Source: Eledone cirrhosa (taxonomy: Eukaryota). From it: a stretch of 64,000 nt of DNA. Where the stretch lies: the NCBI GenBank assembly GCA_964016885.1, contig OZ024742.1, forward strand, positions 126,418,001 through 126,482,000, in the 5' to 3' direction. Both the position numbers and the translations under genes were made by a program. The notes beneath the pieces were generated by a model that was not told the DNA's origin, did not search any database, and saw only the letters and a program-made list of their open reading frames with translations. Shown here one piece after another: positions 40,239 to 54,300 of the stretch; position 1 is the stretch's first letter, and each line of letters starts with the position of its first letter.

Positions 40239-42240
40239 CTGAAAAGAAACAAGTGTTAGATGTTAGATACAAAGAGAGAGAGAGAAAGAGATGAGTATAT
40301 AAACGAATGAAAAAGGAACTCAATACTGAGGAACAAGCATCAAAACAATCAGGAATTTATGTTCTCAAATTGTTTATACAGACAAAATACACACACACAT
40401 TATATATATATATATATATTAAAATAACAGATTAAAGTTTAAGGGTGAAAGCAGCGATTCTTTGCTTAAACTTTAATCTGTTATTTTAATAAATATTTGC
40501 TCTACGGTTCTTATATATTTGATATATATTTATCCTTATCGAGCCCTCTTTGGATTTTAGTCTTCAAATTTATTATTACTATATATATATATATATATAT
40601 GTATGTAAAAGGTAAACAGAAATAGCATAATCAGTACAGTATAATGGAAGGAATATATTAGGTTAATGGTTGAAATAGCAGGAAGAGGGTCTAACGTTTC
40701 GGATGCTCGTCCTTTATCAGAAGAAAGAAGGAGACACTATATATATATATATATATTACACAATATATAGCAAGGATAACACACTAGAGAGAGAGAGTGT
40801 GTGTGTGCTATTAATAAACAGGGAAACCACCAGTGTATGGAATCTAAACTACAGAAGGTGAGGTAGACATAATAATTAAAAATATAAATCAAAATGAGTA
40901 TACCCACCTCTATAACTATATATCACACACGTACAAATCCCAAGAGATTTGTTTTGCCAAAAAATTAGTGACCGAAATGGAAATACCTATGGTTCATCAG
41001 CGTGTGTTAAGTAAATACATTCCAGACAGCTCTAAGAAGATTTAAGATAACCGTTTTGCAACATGTGGTAGAGAGAGGTGAATGCATGCAAAGGACAGTG
41101 AACCAGTGGTCTTTGTGGAACGGGCGGCTAGAAATGGCAGCCCAAAACCACTCAAAGAAAAGTGCTTAACCAATCTGTTACAAGGAGCAAAATGTCAAAA
41201 TAAATTAACGGAGCCATAGACTCGTGTTAGTCCCTGTAAATTATGTGCTCAAAGGAAAAGGAATCCTGGGCTCTTCAAATCCTTATTTATTAATAGCACA
41301 CACTCTCTCTCTCTCTCTCTAGTGTGTTATCCTTTCTACATATTGTATTTTGAAGAGGCCAGGATTCCTTTTCCCTTGAGCACATAATTTACAGGGACTA
41401 ACGCGAGTCTATGACTCCATTAATTTATTTTGATATATATATACATATATATATATACATCTGTAGGGAGTATGTGGAAGAGTAGGAATGTATTTCCTTG
41501 CCAGAAATTCCCAAATTAAAATGCTATGTGAGCAGCATTTAAATCATTATAGTGGTGCAGAACTAAATCATTATAGTGGTGCAGTACCCAATCCCCTGCA
41601 ATGTCCTTTCAAACTCACTCAACCTGTTTTTGAAGTCATTCAAAGACATCTTTGTAGAAGGTGTGATTAATTTCCTGACCTACAGATAAAAACTCTTTGT
41701 GAACAAAACCATGGTTGTTGAAAACATTATAATTCTTTGGATGAGGAGAATTTTCCATGTCACATCTCACTTTGCTGTTTTGTCTCAAGATCATACTTGA
41801 TCATAGTTGAACACTCATGATTCTAAAAATCTAAAATCTGATTTGAGCCCAAGGCTCATCAGGCCAGTGCTTATCCTGGTTTCCGTGGTGTTAAGTGACT
41901 GAAAGTTCAAGACTACTCCATGGACAGGATACCTGTCCATCATGGGGTTAAACTCCCAGCTACAGCTGGTACTCATTTTCAGATGAGTATATTTTGATAA
42001 ATTGTTCAATATTTCCCTGCATCTTAAACATAACAGAGCTTATAAACACGTCTGTACATAAAAAGTTATAACTCGTGACCGACTCAATTCATCATATTGA
42101 AACAAGTATATATGGATAGCCAATGTCATAATCAACACATGTATATACATCAACAGGATGCTGCGTTACCATGTTGTACATAGGAAAATCAGTACCTTTA
42201 CTTTGGGGCTAAACCTCGTGTGCGTGTGTATATATATTTA

Positions 42241-42570
42241 TCATTTCATTTTACGTCCGCTTTTTCCCTGCTTCCAAGGGTGGGACGGGAACTGATTCTG
42301 GCTTGATTTCTACAGCTGGATGCCCTTCCTAACACCAACCTCATTTACAGTGAGTGTTGGGTGCTTTTTTGCCGTGGCACCTCCACGACCACTTTGCAGT
42401 GGAATGATATGGACCCAAGTCCCTATCATCTCATTTCTACAGCTGAGTAAACTGGAGCAATGTGAAATAAAGTGTCTTGCTCAAGGAAACAACACATCAC
42501 CCGGTCTGAGAATTGAACTCACAACCTTTCGATTGCAAGGTCAATGCTCTAACCACTAAGCCATGTGCCT
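42241..42570 (-). mobile_element. SINE family B copy
   Basis: Close reverse complement of 11648-12018. Confidence 0.85.
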
Positions 42571-42745
42571 CCATTTATGTATGTATGTATGTATATATAT
42601 ATATGTATATATATGTATATATATATATGTATATATATATATATTTTTTCTAATAAACAGAATTTTTCTTAAATTCTAAAAAAATTGCTTCAGATTTAAG
42701 TTATTTTGCAAAGAGAAATTCATAAACAATGCATTTTGTACTGCT

Positions 42746-42849
42746 AACAATGAGTTTTGTACTAGGACTGTAACAATGAGTTTTGTACTAGGACTGTAAC
42801 AATGAGTTTTGTACTAGGACTGTAACAATGAGTTTTGTACTAGGACTGC
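42746..42849. repeat. 26-bp tandem repeat x4
   Basis: Unit aacaatgagttttgtactaggactgt. Confidence 0.9.
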
Positions 42850-42999
42850 AGTAATATAAATAGGCCATGTGGATATTTAAAACTTGTAAATGTGGACCAG
42901 CACAGCTGCAAAGAAATAAAAAATCTGAAGTTATGCTAGAGAATATACAGCCATAAAACTTAAGAGACTGCTCTAGGAAGAACACTGGGTAAGCAAGCA

Positions 43000-43310
43000 A
43001 CAACAGCTAAAATATAAGCTAGATGTTAAATATGTCTAGCTACTTAGGAAGGAAAGAAAGTGGACATAAGAAATTTGCCTATATTCTGTGATTAAAGGTC
43101 CTGATGCAGGAAGTGCTCTGGATTGATACTGTAGGGAGAGATACAAACAAAGAGATCAGCTATTGAAATTGACAGCTGTACAAGTGAAAGAGCCCTTAAG
43201 GATATGAAGACAAAGAAAGCAGTTAGACCATCAAGGAGAGTTGCTGAGGCACTGGAAATATTGAGCAAAGTAAGACCCATACTAGTCATTTGCATAATCA
43301 ACCAGATTAT
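43000..43310 (+). mobile_element. RTE LINE fragment upstream of the RT domain
   Basis: RALKDMKTKKAVRPSRRVAEALEIL resembles 'ALKKMKxGKAxGPSGxxAE'. Confidence 0.5.
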
Positions 43311-43406
43311 TGCTGTTGCTGTTTAGTCCATATTGTATTTTTTCAGATGGTGTATCTAGGGATATAATATTCAATGCATTATTTTAAAGATGGGGGAGGG
43401 GGGGGG

Positions 43407-43893
43407 GAATTGGCAGTATCGGTAGAGTGTCAGACACCATGTTTTGCAGCATAGAGTTATAGCCCTTTGCGTTCTGAGTTCAAATCCCTCTGAGGCTAAC
43501 TTTGCCTTTCATCCTTACGGGGTTGATAAAATAAAGCACCAGTTATGCACTGGGGTAATTGCTGGCCTTGTGCCAAAAGAAGAAACAATTATTTTAAAGA
43601 TGCTGAAGTGTATTTTGAGCAAGATTTGGTTGCTATTTCTAGCAGGTCAAGTGAGACTATCATTGATTGCTACTCCAAGGGTGGTGGATTGGCAGAATTG
43701 GTAGAGCATTGGACAATATGCTTTATTGCATTTAGTTTCAACCATTTATGCTCTGATTCAAATCCTGCTGAGGTTAGCTTTATCTTTCATCCTTTGAGGG
43801 TTGATAAAATAAAGTATCAGTAATGCACTAGGGTCAATTTATTCAACTTTCCCTTTCCATTCAAATTGCTGGCCTTATGCCAAATATAGAAAC
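43407..43893 (+). mobile_element. Two SINE family A copies
   Basis: Same head, central and tail motifs at 43407-43591 and 43682-43893. Confidence 0.8.
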
Positions 43894-46800
43894 AGCTGCC
43901 TACTACTACAGGGGAAAAAGAGAGATGTTCTAGAAAGATGAAAATACAGAGGTATCAAGTTGATGGTACAAGTTATAAAAGAAACAGGAGAAAGAAATAG
44001 AGATGAGATGTAGTTCAGGCCTGTAACAGGAAGAAATACCACCAATACACTTAGTGAGATGGAGGAGTAGGTAGCAAGTAAAGGCTCATGAAATGAATTC
44101 TTTCATATAGTTGGAAAACTACTGCCATAGTCAGAACAGAGAAAAGACTTATTACATTTGCAGGCAAATAAGGAATTTTGAAAGGATAGGTTGTATGAAG
44201 TGCAATGTTGCATAGTTGTCGAAATGAGCTCTGAATGCAGGGGATAAATATTAAATCAATGTTTGTATGGGAGAGTTACAATATATTGTATAGCCCAAGT
44301 AATTATTTTATCATTCTCAAAGATGAAAAACAAGGTTAACCTTGTGGGATTAGAACCTAAGATATAAGGGGAGAAGGCTAAACAATGTAAACTATTTAGT
44401 TTGGGTCTCTCACAGAACTGTCAATTTCTGCAATGTGAGTATAAAACAGTGTTTAAAGAAAAATATACATATTTTTTGAAGTTGTACTTGTTAGACCAAT
44501 GGCTTGATCTGAGACTGTATTTTGAAACTGAAAGAACTAAAAAGTAATATCAGTTTCTGTGTTCTTAACCCTTTCATTTTTTTTTTTTTATTCCCATAAC
44601 TCCTGGGAAAGTCATGGGATGTCATATTGACATACTGCGATTCTAGAGCATATTTTAAAACCTGGTGGAGCCCATCTCCTTTCCAGGTTTAAATACAGCA
44701 GATTTCTTCCAGAAAAGGATAGTGAGAGAATGGAAATGAAAAAGAGATATAGAGGAAGTGAAAAAGAGATATAGAGGAAGAATCAACCCCAGTACTAGAC
44801 TGGTAATTTTTTTTAACAACCTTGAGTTAAAGTTGACCTCAAACCCTTTCATTACCATATTTCTAATGAAAGACACTGCCAATGATTTTCAAACATTTTG
44901 AAAGTAATCATGAATTTTGAAGAACTTTGTAATATAATTAACTTCCTCATTTATATAAAAAACTATTGTAATTTTATTTAAGAACCTCTAATACATGGTG
45001 TAATGTGGTTGGTGATATGAAGAACATCTAGCTGTAGAAGGCTTGCTAAACAAAGGGTTGGGAGGACCTTTCAGTTGTGACAAAAACATAAGAATTTCTC
45101 TAAAACATGATAAAATGCACTCAGTAAAATGTGGAATCTTATGTAAGCAAGATGCAAACACTCAGCCTGTATGGGAGCTCAGTAGTCCTTCTCCAGTACT
45201 GACTGTCTTTGAAGACACATCCAACTCTTACTAGTGGGGAAAGTGGATATTAAATGATAATGATGAACCTTCGTTATGTTCCAAACACCAGCTTAATAGC
45301 TGAAAGTTCTTAAATAAAATTACAATAGAATTTTAGATAAATATAAACACTTTAAAATATACAATATTATATAATACAACAAGGAGCATTTTTAGGTGGT
45401 TTGGTGTCAAAAGGGTTAAATGGCTTAAAGGGGTTTTCCATGAAGAACATTTTTCTCTTTAATCCAATGTAAAGTTTTAAGAAAATGGAACTAGCCAATT
45501 AAGATTACTACTAGTATATAACTGGTACTTGTGAGCCGATATGACCACTGGACTTGGTATAACAACCAAATTTCAAAATAATACAAACTGTCTAAAAAAA
45601 AAAAAAGGAAGGATACATTGCTCAAAGTACCCCCAGATACATAATTTGAATATAAAAGATGAGATGGTCATATTTGGTTGGGATACTTGACGTACAATTG
45701 TAATGTCAGTTTTATTACTGGACAGGCTGCTGCATTGAGTTCTTGAGCAAAACACTTTATTTCACATTGCTCCAGTTCACACAGCTGAGATGAATACCAG
45801 TAGTAGTTGGAGAGTTAATCCTGCAATAGACAAGTGCCTTATCCAGGGAGAGTCTTGTTCTCTCAGCTGCTTAATGCAAAAAAAACAAACAAAAAACCAT
45901 AAATAATCTTTTGCCTAATGAGCATTCGGCTTAGAGCAGACTTTTGACAATAGGTTTTTTTTTTTTTTTTATCAAGGCTGATCTCAAGTTAAATGATACA
46001 TAGACGAAACCCCTACAATCTACACAAAGAATGGCCAAATCATCCATATTTTATTGAGAAATACAGTTCTAGATATATTATTGCACTCACAGTTCATGTT
46101 TTTCTTGTAAGCATTGACTTGATGTTCAAAGAGGGCATCATCTGCCCTGGATTAACCATTAAGTAAAATAAGTATGTGCTTAGGACCTTATGTAAAGAGG
46201 GACCCTATAGAAGTCTTTTCCCCCTAGTATAGTGCAAAGCAGATTTTTCCATTTACTGTATATGGAAGCACTATTATCTTTTCAGTGTTTAGGGCCTCTA
46301 AATGTATTAAACTAACCCTGTGCACCATTAACAATCAAGGGAGAGAGGAGGGGAGACTGCAATGATCATAGGGACTTCCCCTTTTCTGTTGACATGAAAT
46401 AAAAGGTCAGCTTTGATAAAGAAGACCTTTGATCAAAGGCATTTTAAAACCATGACCATCTAACCTTTAGTATGTTTTACACATATATTATCTAATGTGT
46501 GATTTTTTTTTAGGAATATAATATTTAACACGCGATACTAAACTGCCCCTGGTTTTCTGCTATAAAACCACTGGTTTTAAAATATGTATTGCAGTTAATA
46601 TAAAGAATGGTGTGCTCTTCCACGGAGATGCTATATAATAGCTCATAAAACAGGGTGAAGACCCTTAAAAGTGTCCTCGAGATAGCTAAGTATACACAAT
46701 GCTTCTTTGTTTGCATACAGTGTTTGTTGATGTCTGAAAGCTGTAATTCAGTTATCTAATTTAAGGGGGAGAGACGGGAGGGAGAGAGACGGAGATATTT

Positions 46801-47159
46801 TGATGGCTTTCCCTCTTCAGTCTGACGAGTAGAGAAGCCGGGGTTAGTCGCTAAATACACAAGGTTGCTACTGGAGAAGATGTCATAGCATGTAACATTA
46901 CAGATGAGGGGCCTACCACTGTTGAATGGGAAGATTATGTTATGTTATTTGACCTTTTGTCGTTTCCTTGGCCCATCTACACAAACGATAATTGGACTAT
47001 CTCATTATTTTGGCCCATGTGATGTGCAGCCGATTGTTTCACTTGGTGAATTGATAGTAGTTTTAGTTTTTGTTTCTAATTTTTCTTTCTCTTGCTTGGG
47101 TCATATATTTTGTGCGTTGTATTTGTGAGGTTCTTAGCAGTAGTTAATTGTATTTGTTA

Positions 47160-47404
47160 TCATCATTTCATTTTACATCCACTTTTCCCTGCTTGCAAGG
47201 GTGGGACGGGAACTGAGTCTGGCTTGATTTCTACAGCTGGATGCCCTTCCTAACACCAACCTCATTTACAGTGAGTGCTGGGTGCTTTTTTGCCGTGGCA
47301 CCTCCACGACCACTTTGCAGTGGAATAATATGGACACCAGTCCCTATCATCTCATTTCTACAGCTGAGTAAACTGGAGCAATGTGAAATAAAGTGTCCTG
47401 CTCA
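47160..47404 (-). mobile_element. SINE family B copy, 5'-truncated
   Basis: Nearly identical to 42241-42484. Confidence 0.85.
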
Positions 47405-47705
47405 ATATGTGTTAATATTTTCATTCTAAAAGAATTGTGAGCAATTTGTAATGTTATTTATGTATATATTGAAAACTTAATAAAATTCCTTACTTGATAT
47501 AAAAAAAGAGCTGGTGTTAGGAACTCAAATTAAACATTATGATAGGTTTTAACATAAATCTAAACACTTTAAAACAAAGATTTGTATCTTTGAGCCAAAG
47601 AAGGTCCCAAGCAAAAGGGATAAGAACATATATTGTGGTGAGGATGTATTCAGACTATGTGTATTCATTGATTTCATAGTTAACAACGTTACTATACCTC
47701 TTTTA

Positions 47706-48120
47706 TAAATAATTTTTTCTACTTTAGGGACAAGGCCAGCAATTTGAAGAGGAGGGGAAAGTCGATTAAATCGATCCCAGTGCGTTACTGGTACTTTATT
47801 TTATCAACCCTGTAAGGATGAAAGGCAAAGCTAACCTCGGCAGGATTTGATTCAGAACGTAAAGGGCCATAACTATGCTGCAAAGCATGGCGTCTGACGC
47901 TCTACCGATATTGCCAATCAACCTCTTTTCTAAATAATTGTTTCTACTTTTGGCACAAGGCCAGCAATTACCCAGTGCATTACTGGTACTTTATTTTATC
48001 GACCCCGTAAGGATGAAAGGCAAAGTTAACCTCGGCAGGATTTGATCTCAGAATGGCAGGGGCCGTAACTAATGCGTCAAAGCATGGTGTCCGACCCTCT
48101 ACCGATACTGCCAATCCACC
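47706..48120 (-). mobile_element. Two tandem SINE family A copies
   Basis: Reverse complements of the family A motifs. Confidence 0.85.
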
Positions 48121-48545
48121 ACCCCTCTTTTCTAAATAATGCTCCCTAATGTGAATCAAACCTAGGGCAATAAACATACATTATCAATAATAAAACCTCC
48201 CGATGACTATCAGAGGTTGAACCAATCGAAATGTAGTTTAAATATAAATATTGGAAATATATGCTGTAAAGATGATGGGTTAACGGTCTGTGTCTTAATA
48301 GCATGTGGTAGTATTCACATATTTGGGGTCATATAGTCCTACATATCTTTTCCCACGACTGTTCCTAACTGTTACATCTGACTGCAGCTATTAATCTTTG
48401 CTTTCCATCAAAGTATGTATGTTGTCATTCAATCTCATTCCCCCAAACGTCCGTCACTATGTATCTAAGGTCATGTACGAGATGCCAAGACAGTGTGTGT
48501 ATGTATGTACACATACATACAGACACACACATACATCTCTCTCTC

Positions 48546-48551
48546 GAGAGA

Positions 48552-48585
<34 letters not shown>

Positions 48586-48644
48586 AAGAGAGAGAGAGAA
48601 AGAGAGAGAGAGAGAAAGAGAGAGAGAGAAAGAGAGAGAGAGAA

Positions 48645-48683
<39 letters not shown>

Positions 48684-48687
48684 AAGG

Positions 48688-48719
<32 letters not shown>

Positions 48720-49261
48720 AAGGGAGAGAGAAAGGGAGAGAGAAAGGGAGAGAGAAATGGAGAGAGAAAGGAGAGAGAGAGAAAGAGAAAGAAAGAAAGA
48801 GAGAAAGAAATAGAGAAAGAGAGAGAAAGAAAGAGAGAGAAGATATAGAAAGAGAAAGAAAGAGAGAGAAAGAAAGAAAGAGAGAGAGAAAGAAAGAGAG
48901 AAAGAGAGAGAGAAAAGAGAGAGAAGATATAGAAAGAGAAAGAAAGAGAGAGAGAAAGAAAGAGAGAGAGAAAGAAAGAGAGAGAGAAAGAAAGAGAGAG
49001 AGAAAGAAAGAGAGAGAGAGAAAGAAAGAGAGAGAGAAAGAAAGAGAAAGAAAGAGAAAGAAAGAGAGAAAGAAAGAAATAGAAAGAAAAGAGGGAAAGA
49101 GAAAGAAAGAGGGAGAGGGAGAGAAAGAAAGAGGGAGAGAGAGAAAGAAGGAGAGAGAGAAAGAGAAGGAGAAAGAGAAAGAGAAAGAGAGAGAGAGAAA
49201 GAGAGAGAGAGAGAAAGAGAGAGAGAGAAAGAGAAAGAGAAAGAGAGAGAGAGAGAGAGAA

Positions 49262-49300
<39 letters not shown>
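48546..49300. repeat. (GA/GAAA)n purine tract
   Basis: Direct reading; the E/R/K-rich ORF is an artefact. Confidence 0.95.
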
Positions 49301-49302
<2 letters not shown>

Positions 49303-50499
49303 CCTTTTCAGATACAAGACCCTCTCTAAACATCTCAGATCACATCAAAAAGCAGGCTATCTGGGCGAATGATAAAGCCTCATTCACACTAATTTAACTC
49401 TTTTAGAAGTTATCGTTTCAAATACTTGCAACAGTGTATGTGCTCTAAGTTGGATCTTCGTTGATTCCAACAACCTATTGTCCAGTTGCGCCCTCTTACT
49501 TCCTTAGTTCCGAAATAAACCCTGCACCTGAATTCTTAAACATCTCCTTCCTTCATTCTTCAGCATATTTTCCTCTTCCCAAGTTCCTAAATATTCCTTT
49601 TCTTCTTTCTTCAATGTATTTATCTATGTCTAAGTACTCCCTCCACTCTTAGCTCCTAAATGTACCCTCCCTCCATACTTCAACGTACTTTACCCATCCT
49701 TAGTTCCTAAATGTACCCCTTTCCCTTGGTTAGTTCCTAAATGCGTGCCTACCGCCATTTTGTTAGTTGTTTTTATGCAGTTAATTCCCAATCTGAAGAT
49801 CTGCAGATTAATGTCTACAAGGACGTTTGTGGTGGAGCGGAAATTGTGTGCGTGTGTGTAGGGGATCTAGTCCGAATGTTCACAACGAAATGAACTCCGA
49901 TAAATGCACGATAAAATATACTTCTTGTGTATACAAAAACTGAACATAAAATCTTAAAACCATAGAACACAGAACCACAATTCACAGACATTTAGACGTC
50001 AAGGGACTTCCTGTTAGGAGACCACAGCTATAAAATATTTAATTTGGTTCATCGTTATCTACAACGAACACTAGTTCCATACACTTGGAAATCGAAATTG
50101 GATTCGAACAGATCATAGACACATCGTCGGTTCTAGAAAACACGCAGGCAGAAACGCCTTCATGTATAACTAGCAGTTTAGCCCGGCGTTGCTCGGGTTT
50201 GTTCATTTGCTATGAAAAGTTACAAACAGGTAAACGTAGCTTGAAAGCGCATAAGCTTATCAATTAAGTGCATAAAGCAGTTGAACCGGTTATTAATAGT
50301 TACGAACCAATTAGCATTTTGGACAATCAATGATGGGTTAATAATCTTCCAATAGCGAATTTAGTAGACCAAAGTTGCAAGATGGTGCCCTGATGCCGCT
50401 GGGTGTCAGATCTGTCCGCTATGGGTGACCCTACCAGTTTTCCAGACGGCATAACTCCAACACCTCCAACACCTGCATTAACATCTATAGCACTTCTTT

Positions 50500-53345
50500 G
50501 TAAACGATATTGCGTGTCATCCCTTGAGGAGTGTAAGCAAAATGTCCATTCCTGCTCCCTACGCGGGAACAGGCAACATAAAGTTGGCCATGGGGGAGAA
50601 GCATGGCTCCCCCAAATGGATGCCCGCCACCGACAATGTTTGCCCTTGTGACTTGTTAATGGACATGGCAAAACATGGTCTCACCGGAAATCGAACGGGA
50701 TATCTGACGCCGAGGGGAAAGGTTCATCCTTGGAATAAAAACATTCTCCCCTCTCCCGCACCCCGTTACAATGGTGGCCTTAATCAAGTGGGGCGTCAGT
50801 GACTTGACGACCATGCGAGTACCGTTACACTGCTTTGGTGGACGCAAGTTCCTTATTAGCATAATGGGACAGCCAACTCTAAGCTTAAAAATGCGAGGTG
50901 GGAGCCCTGGGGGCTCAAGGGAATTTAATAACTCAACCGAATAATTAACGATATCGTCGGAGTCTGACGTCCGGTCAATAGATTTGAAGATGTGTTCTTT
51001 ACCGGGAATTTTCTCAATCAGCTGCTCGTTAATAAAATTAACCATGGTATTTTTCGGAGAGCAAGGATGGCTCTTTCGCTGAGCCATTCGAGGTTTTTAA
51101 AGTTAGATGAGACATTAGGAAAAACTGCTTCCCAAAGGTCAGAAGGGCTGCTCACAATGTTGCACAGGGAGTGGATTGCTATGTCGCCCTTGTCATGCGC
51201 AGGGACCTTGCCCTCACCAAGTGCTAAAATATTCTGAGCAAATGCTGCAGACATGTCACCATGCAAATGAGCACGCATATTTGTGCTCAGGTACAAACTC
51301 TTCACATGGAGCCACAACATGGACGACTTAAGACAGGCACGTACGTACTTCATCAGCTCTTGTCCCTTTGGGGATGACAGGCAGCGTTTGCCGAAAATCC
51401 CGATAGCAGAAGGGTTACGCCACCCATAGGAGACGTAGAATCCCCAATGTCTTTCAGGGTACTGTCCAATGCCTCAAGGGCACCCTTGTGCATTCATCCC
51501 AAACAATGAGGCAACATTTTTTGAGAACCAGAGCTTCGTGTGAACTCTTGCTGATATTGCATGTTGGTGTCTTAGTTTTTACTAAATTCAAAGGGAGTTT
51601 AAATGTTGAATGTGCTGTCCTGCCTCCCGGCAGCAAAGTAGCAGCGATCCCGGACGATGCAACGGCCAACGCAATTTTTTCTCTCCTGAAGAATCTTAGC
51701 GAGAATCAATTTCGTTACATAAGTTTTTCCGGTACCCCCAGGAGCATCGAGAAAGTAAATACCCCCAGTCTGATTTTGAACTGCGTCAATGATAGTTAAA
51801 TAGGCCAACCTTTGGTCCGACAGGAGTTTGGGCTCATTTTCCTCTAAGTATTGGGAAAGAGATTCGATGTCATATGCTGTTTCCCGCAACACATCCGGGG
51901 CCAACGTGTTAGCTTCCTCTCTGACGGTTGACGGCAAGCCATACGTCGCCAACTCACTCCCATCCATGTCGAGGAGGGCGTCCTCGATATCAATGAGTGC
52001 TCTGTTGTAGATAATGTCCCGGTAACCAACTTCCACTGAAGTATACTGCAGATGAGCCAGGCGCAGGAAGTCCTCAGACATGAAGTCTCTGTACTTGACC
52101 CATAAAGATTTGGGATCGCCCAATTCACACTTTTGAAGCAAAATAGCAAAGAGTTCCCGTAGACCTTTACTTGATTTCAACAAAGCACACTTTCCTAAAG
52201 TGGAATCCCATTGCGAATCAACTAAAAGACCACGCTTAAAGCAGGCTTCCCGGTACGTATCACATATTTCTCCATCAACAGTTTTGATGTCCTGAAAACT
52301 TTGTGAGCCTACAACTTTATGCAGAAGAAGGCGGAGATGAAAGCACTCATGCTGACTTGGGGGTACAGTGTAAACCCTTCCAAGACAGCTGTCAAATTTT
52401 ACACCAGGATGTTTTTCAGCAGCCTGACCTGACTTTCGACCATATAAAGTAGGATGGAACCTGGGAGTACACAATTGTTTGCGCAAATGTATCGAACTGG
52501 CAAAGTTTGAAGAAACCCGTCAGAGTGGTCTCTTTCGGATCGGCGGCCAACTTGGCGGCGGTTTGGTCCGTAAAGTAAACCCTTTGCCCATTTTCCAAAT
52601 GTACCTCAAGCTGTACGATAGCGAGGTGACGTTGGTGTAGGGGTAAACCAAATAGGTGCCAAAAAGCTTCATTGCTACTGATGTACGGCCCCGCCAAGTA
52701 TTGTGACCTCGTCCCTGCTATTTTCAGCTTGAAATGCGAACATTGCGGCATCAGAGCCCTTATTTACATATTTGCATATTTTATCGACTTGACGGAGTTG
52801 CAAAACTCAACGTTGATGTGGGCATTGAACATCTTCAAGAGAAGCGGGCAGTAAGGGACCACCCATCTATTGTCGACTTGACCTCCCGTTACTGTTGTGG
52901 TGAAGCCACCGTTCTCGGGCCGTCTCCCCTTGTACAGGGGGTACCCGTCGCCACCAGTCTGAGTCTGGTCAACAAATTTCTGGGGGTATCCCTTACTGCA
53001 CGACCTCCGCTTTCAGATACGTGTGATGCTCATTAGGACCTGACGCACACGGACCATGAATCATGTTACCTTTGACGATGTCATGTAATTCCTTGTCAGT
53101 TGCTGGGTTAGGGATTTCAGCCGAAATGAAGCTGTCTATGGCATTTGAATTGATTTTATCAGCTAACCAAATCAAAATGTGAGCATGTGGCAGCCCTCAT
53201 TTTTGCCATTCGACGGTGAACATGTTATATTTTACAGCTCCAAATACCTGACCTTTTTGATTAAAGCCATGAGTTTAGCCAGTTTCAGTCTGAACACTCT
53301 GGCAATGAGGTCATGTCTGTTCGAATAATTTTGCCCAGGAAAAAG
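50500..53345 (-). pseudogene. Helitron RepHel (HUH replicase + PIF1-type helicase) pseudogene
   Basis: HUH motif VEWQK*GLPHAHILIWL (~53215-53165, Arg codon now TGA) and AHINVEFCNSVKSIKY/CKYVNKGSD (frameshifted). Helicase motifs FLDAPGGTGKT, AVASSGIAATLLPGGRTAHS, IVWDEC, GDFRQTLPVIP, LSTNMR, PIMLIRNL..QCNGTR, FAMSINKSQGQT, HGQLYVACSRV are spread over several frames. Confidence 0.93.
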
Positions 53346-53897
53346 TTCACGGGTTACATTCCGATTCATATGTCTATAGCATTAATCTGTTATATGAAGT
53401 GTTATTTTGCGGGTTGTTATTTGCAATAAGCCGATTGAAAATGCTCCAGGTAAGCCGTATGTCAATACGGAACGCTCGACTGCAGTGTTCTCATATAGGG
53501 AGTGAAGAGCGACAGAGAGAGTAAAGCAGTTAAATTATAGAGAGGGGGAATATACGGAACGCTCCATTTGATCATATACATTGTTTCTCTCTCTGCAGTG
53601 TTGTCATATAGGGAGTAAGAGCGACAGAGAGTTTGTTGTTTTATAAATTCATCTGTTGCTTTTGAATATGTTATTTGATGTAAAATGTAAGTGTAAAGTG
53701 TAACGTTGAGAGAGCAGTATGTATTTAGTGTTATCGGCTTTTTAAATTTTGATATTTGATGTATGAGTGTCGTTATAACTGGGTTGTTGTATAAAATGAT
53801 GTGTTGCTTAGGTTTCAAAGTTTGTGTCGCGTTCCTTCAAAAGAAATTTGCCGTTGTTCTAAATTGTAATGGTGATAGAGTAGTAGACGGAGGTAGT

Positions 53898-54027
53898 AAC
53901 CTTTTAAAGAGAGTTGCAGAGGAGATTGAGGGTGGAGTAGAGAGAGTGATGAACCTTTTAAAGAGAGTTGCAGAGGAGATTGAGATTGGAGTAGAGGAAA
54001 GGATGAACCTTTTAAAGAGAGTTGCAA
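53898..54027. repeat. 54-bp tandem repeat (~2.4 copies) inside the Helitron 5' region
   Basis: aaccttttaaagagagttgca recurs at 53898, 53952 and 54006. Confidence 0.85.
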
Positions 54028-54300
54028 CATGTATGTAGTTTCATATATTTTTGATGGTAGTAGTGAGAGGAATGAAGCGTGTAAGAGAGAGGGTTATAAC
54101 ATGTATTTAGTTTTATCGAATTCTTTTCATAGAAGCAGGACATTTTTGGCAAAAATAATTACGCGTTGACCTGCCCTGGTAAATTTGGAGCACATTGAAA
54201 GAAAAATCATCAAAATCGGTAGAGAAATGTGGAAATGCATAAAAATCATACACACACACAGACAGACAGACATCTACCGTTTTATATATATAGAGATGGT

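Larger units (their letters stand above)
50170..54296 (-). mobile_element. Helitron, both termini present, internally deleted and non-autonomous
   Basis: Minus strand starts A^TCTCTATATATATAAAACGG (54296) and ends with hairpin CCCGAGCAACGCCGGG (50197-50182) followed by CTAG^T (50173-50170). This fits the canonical TC...CTRR ends inserted in an AT dinucleotide with no TSD. Confidence 0.9.

Noticed and set aside
48398-49372. E/R/K-rich ORF, and similar S/L-rich ORFs at 35-37.5 kb
   Set aside because: Translations of GA microsatellites.
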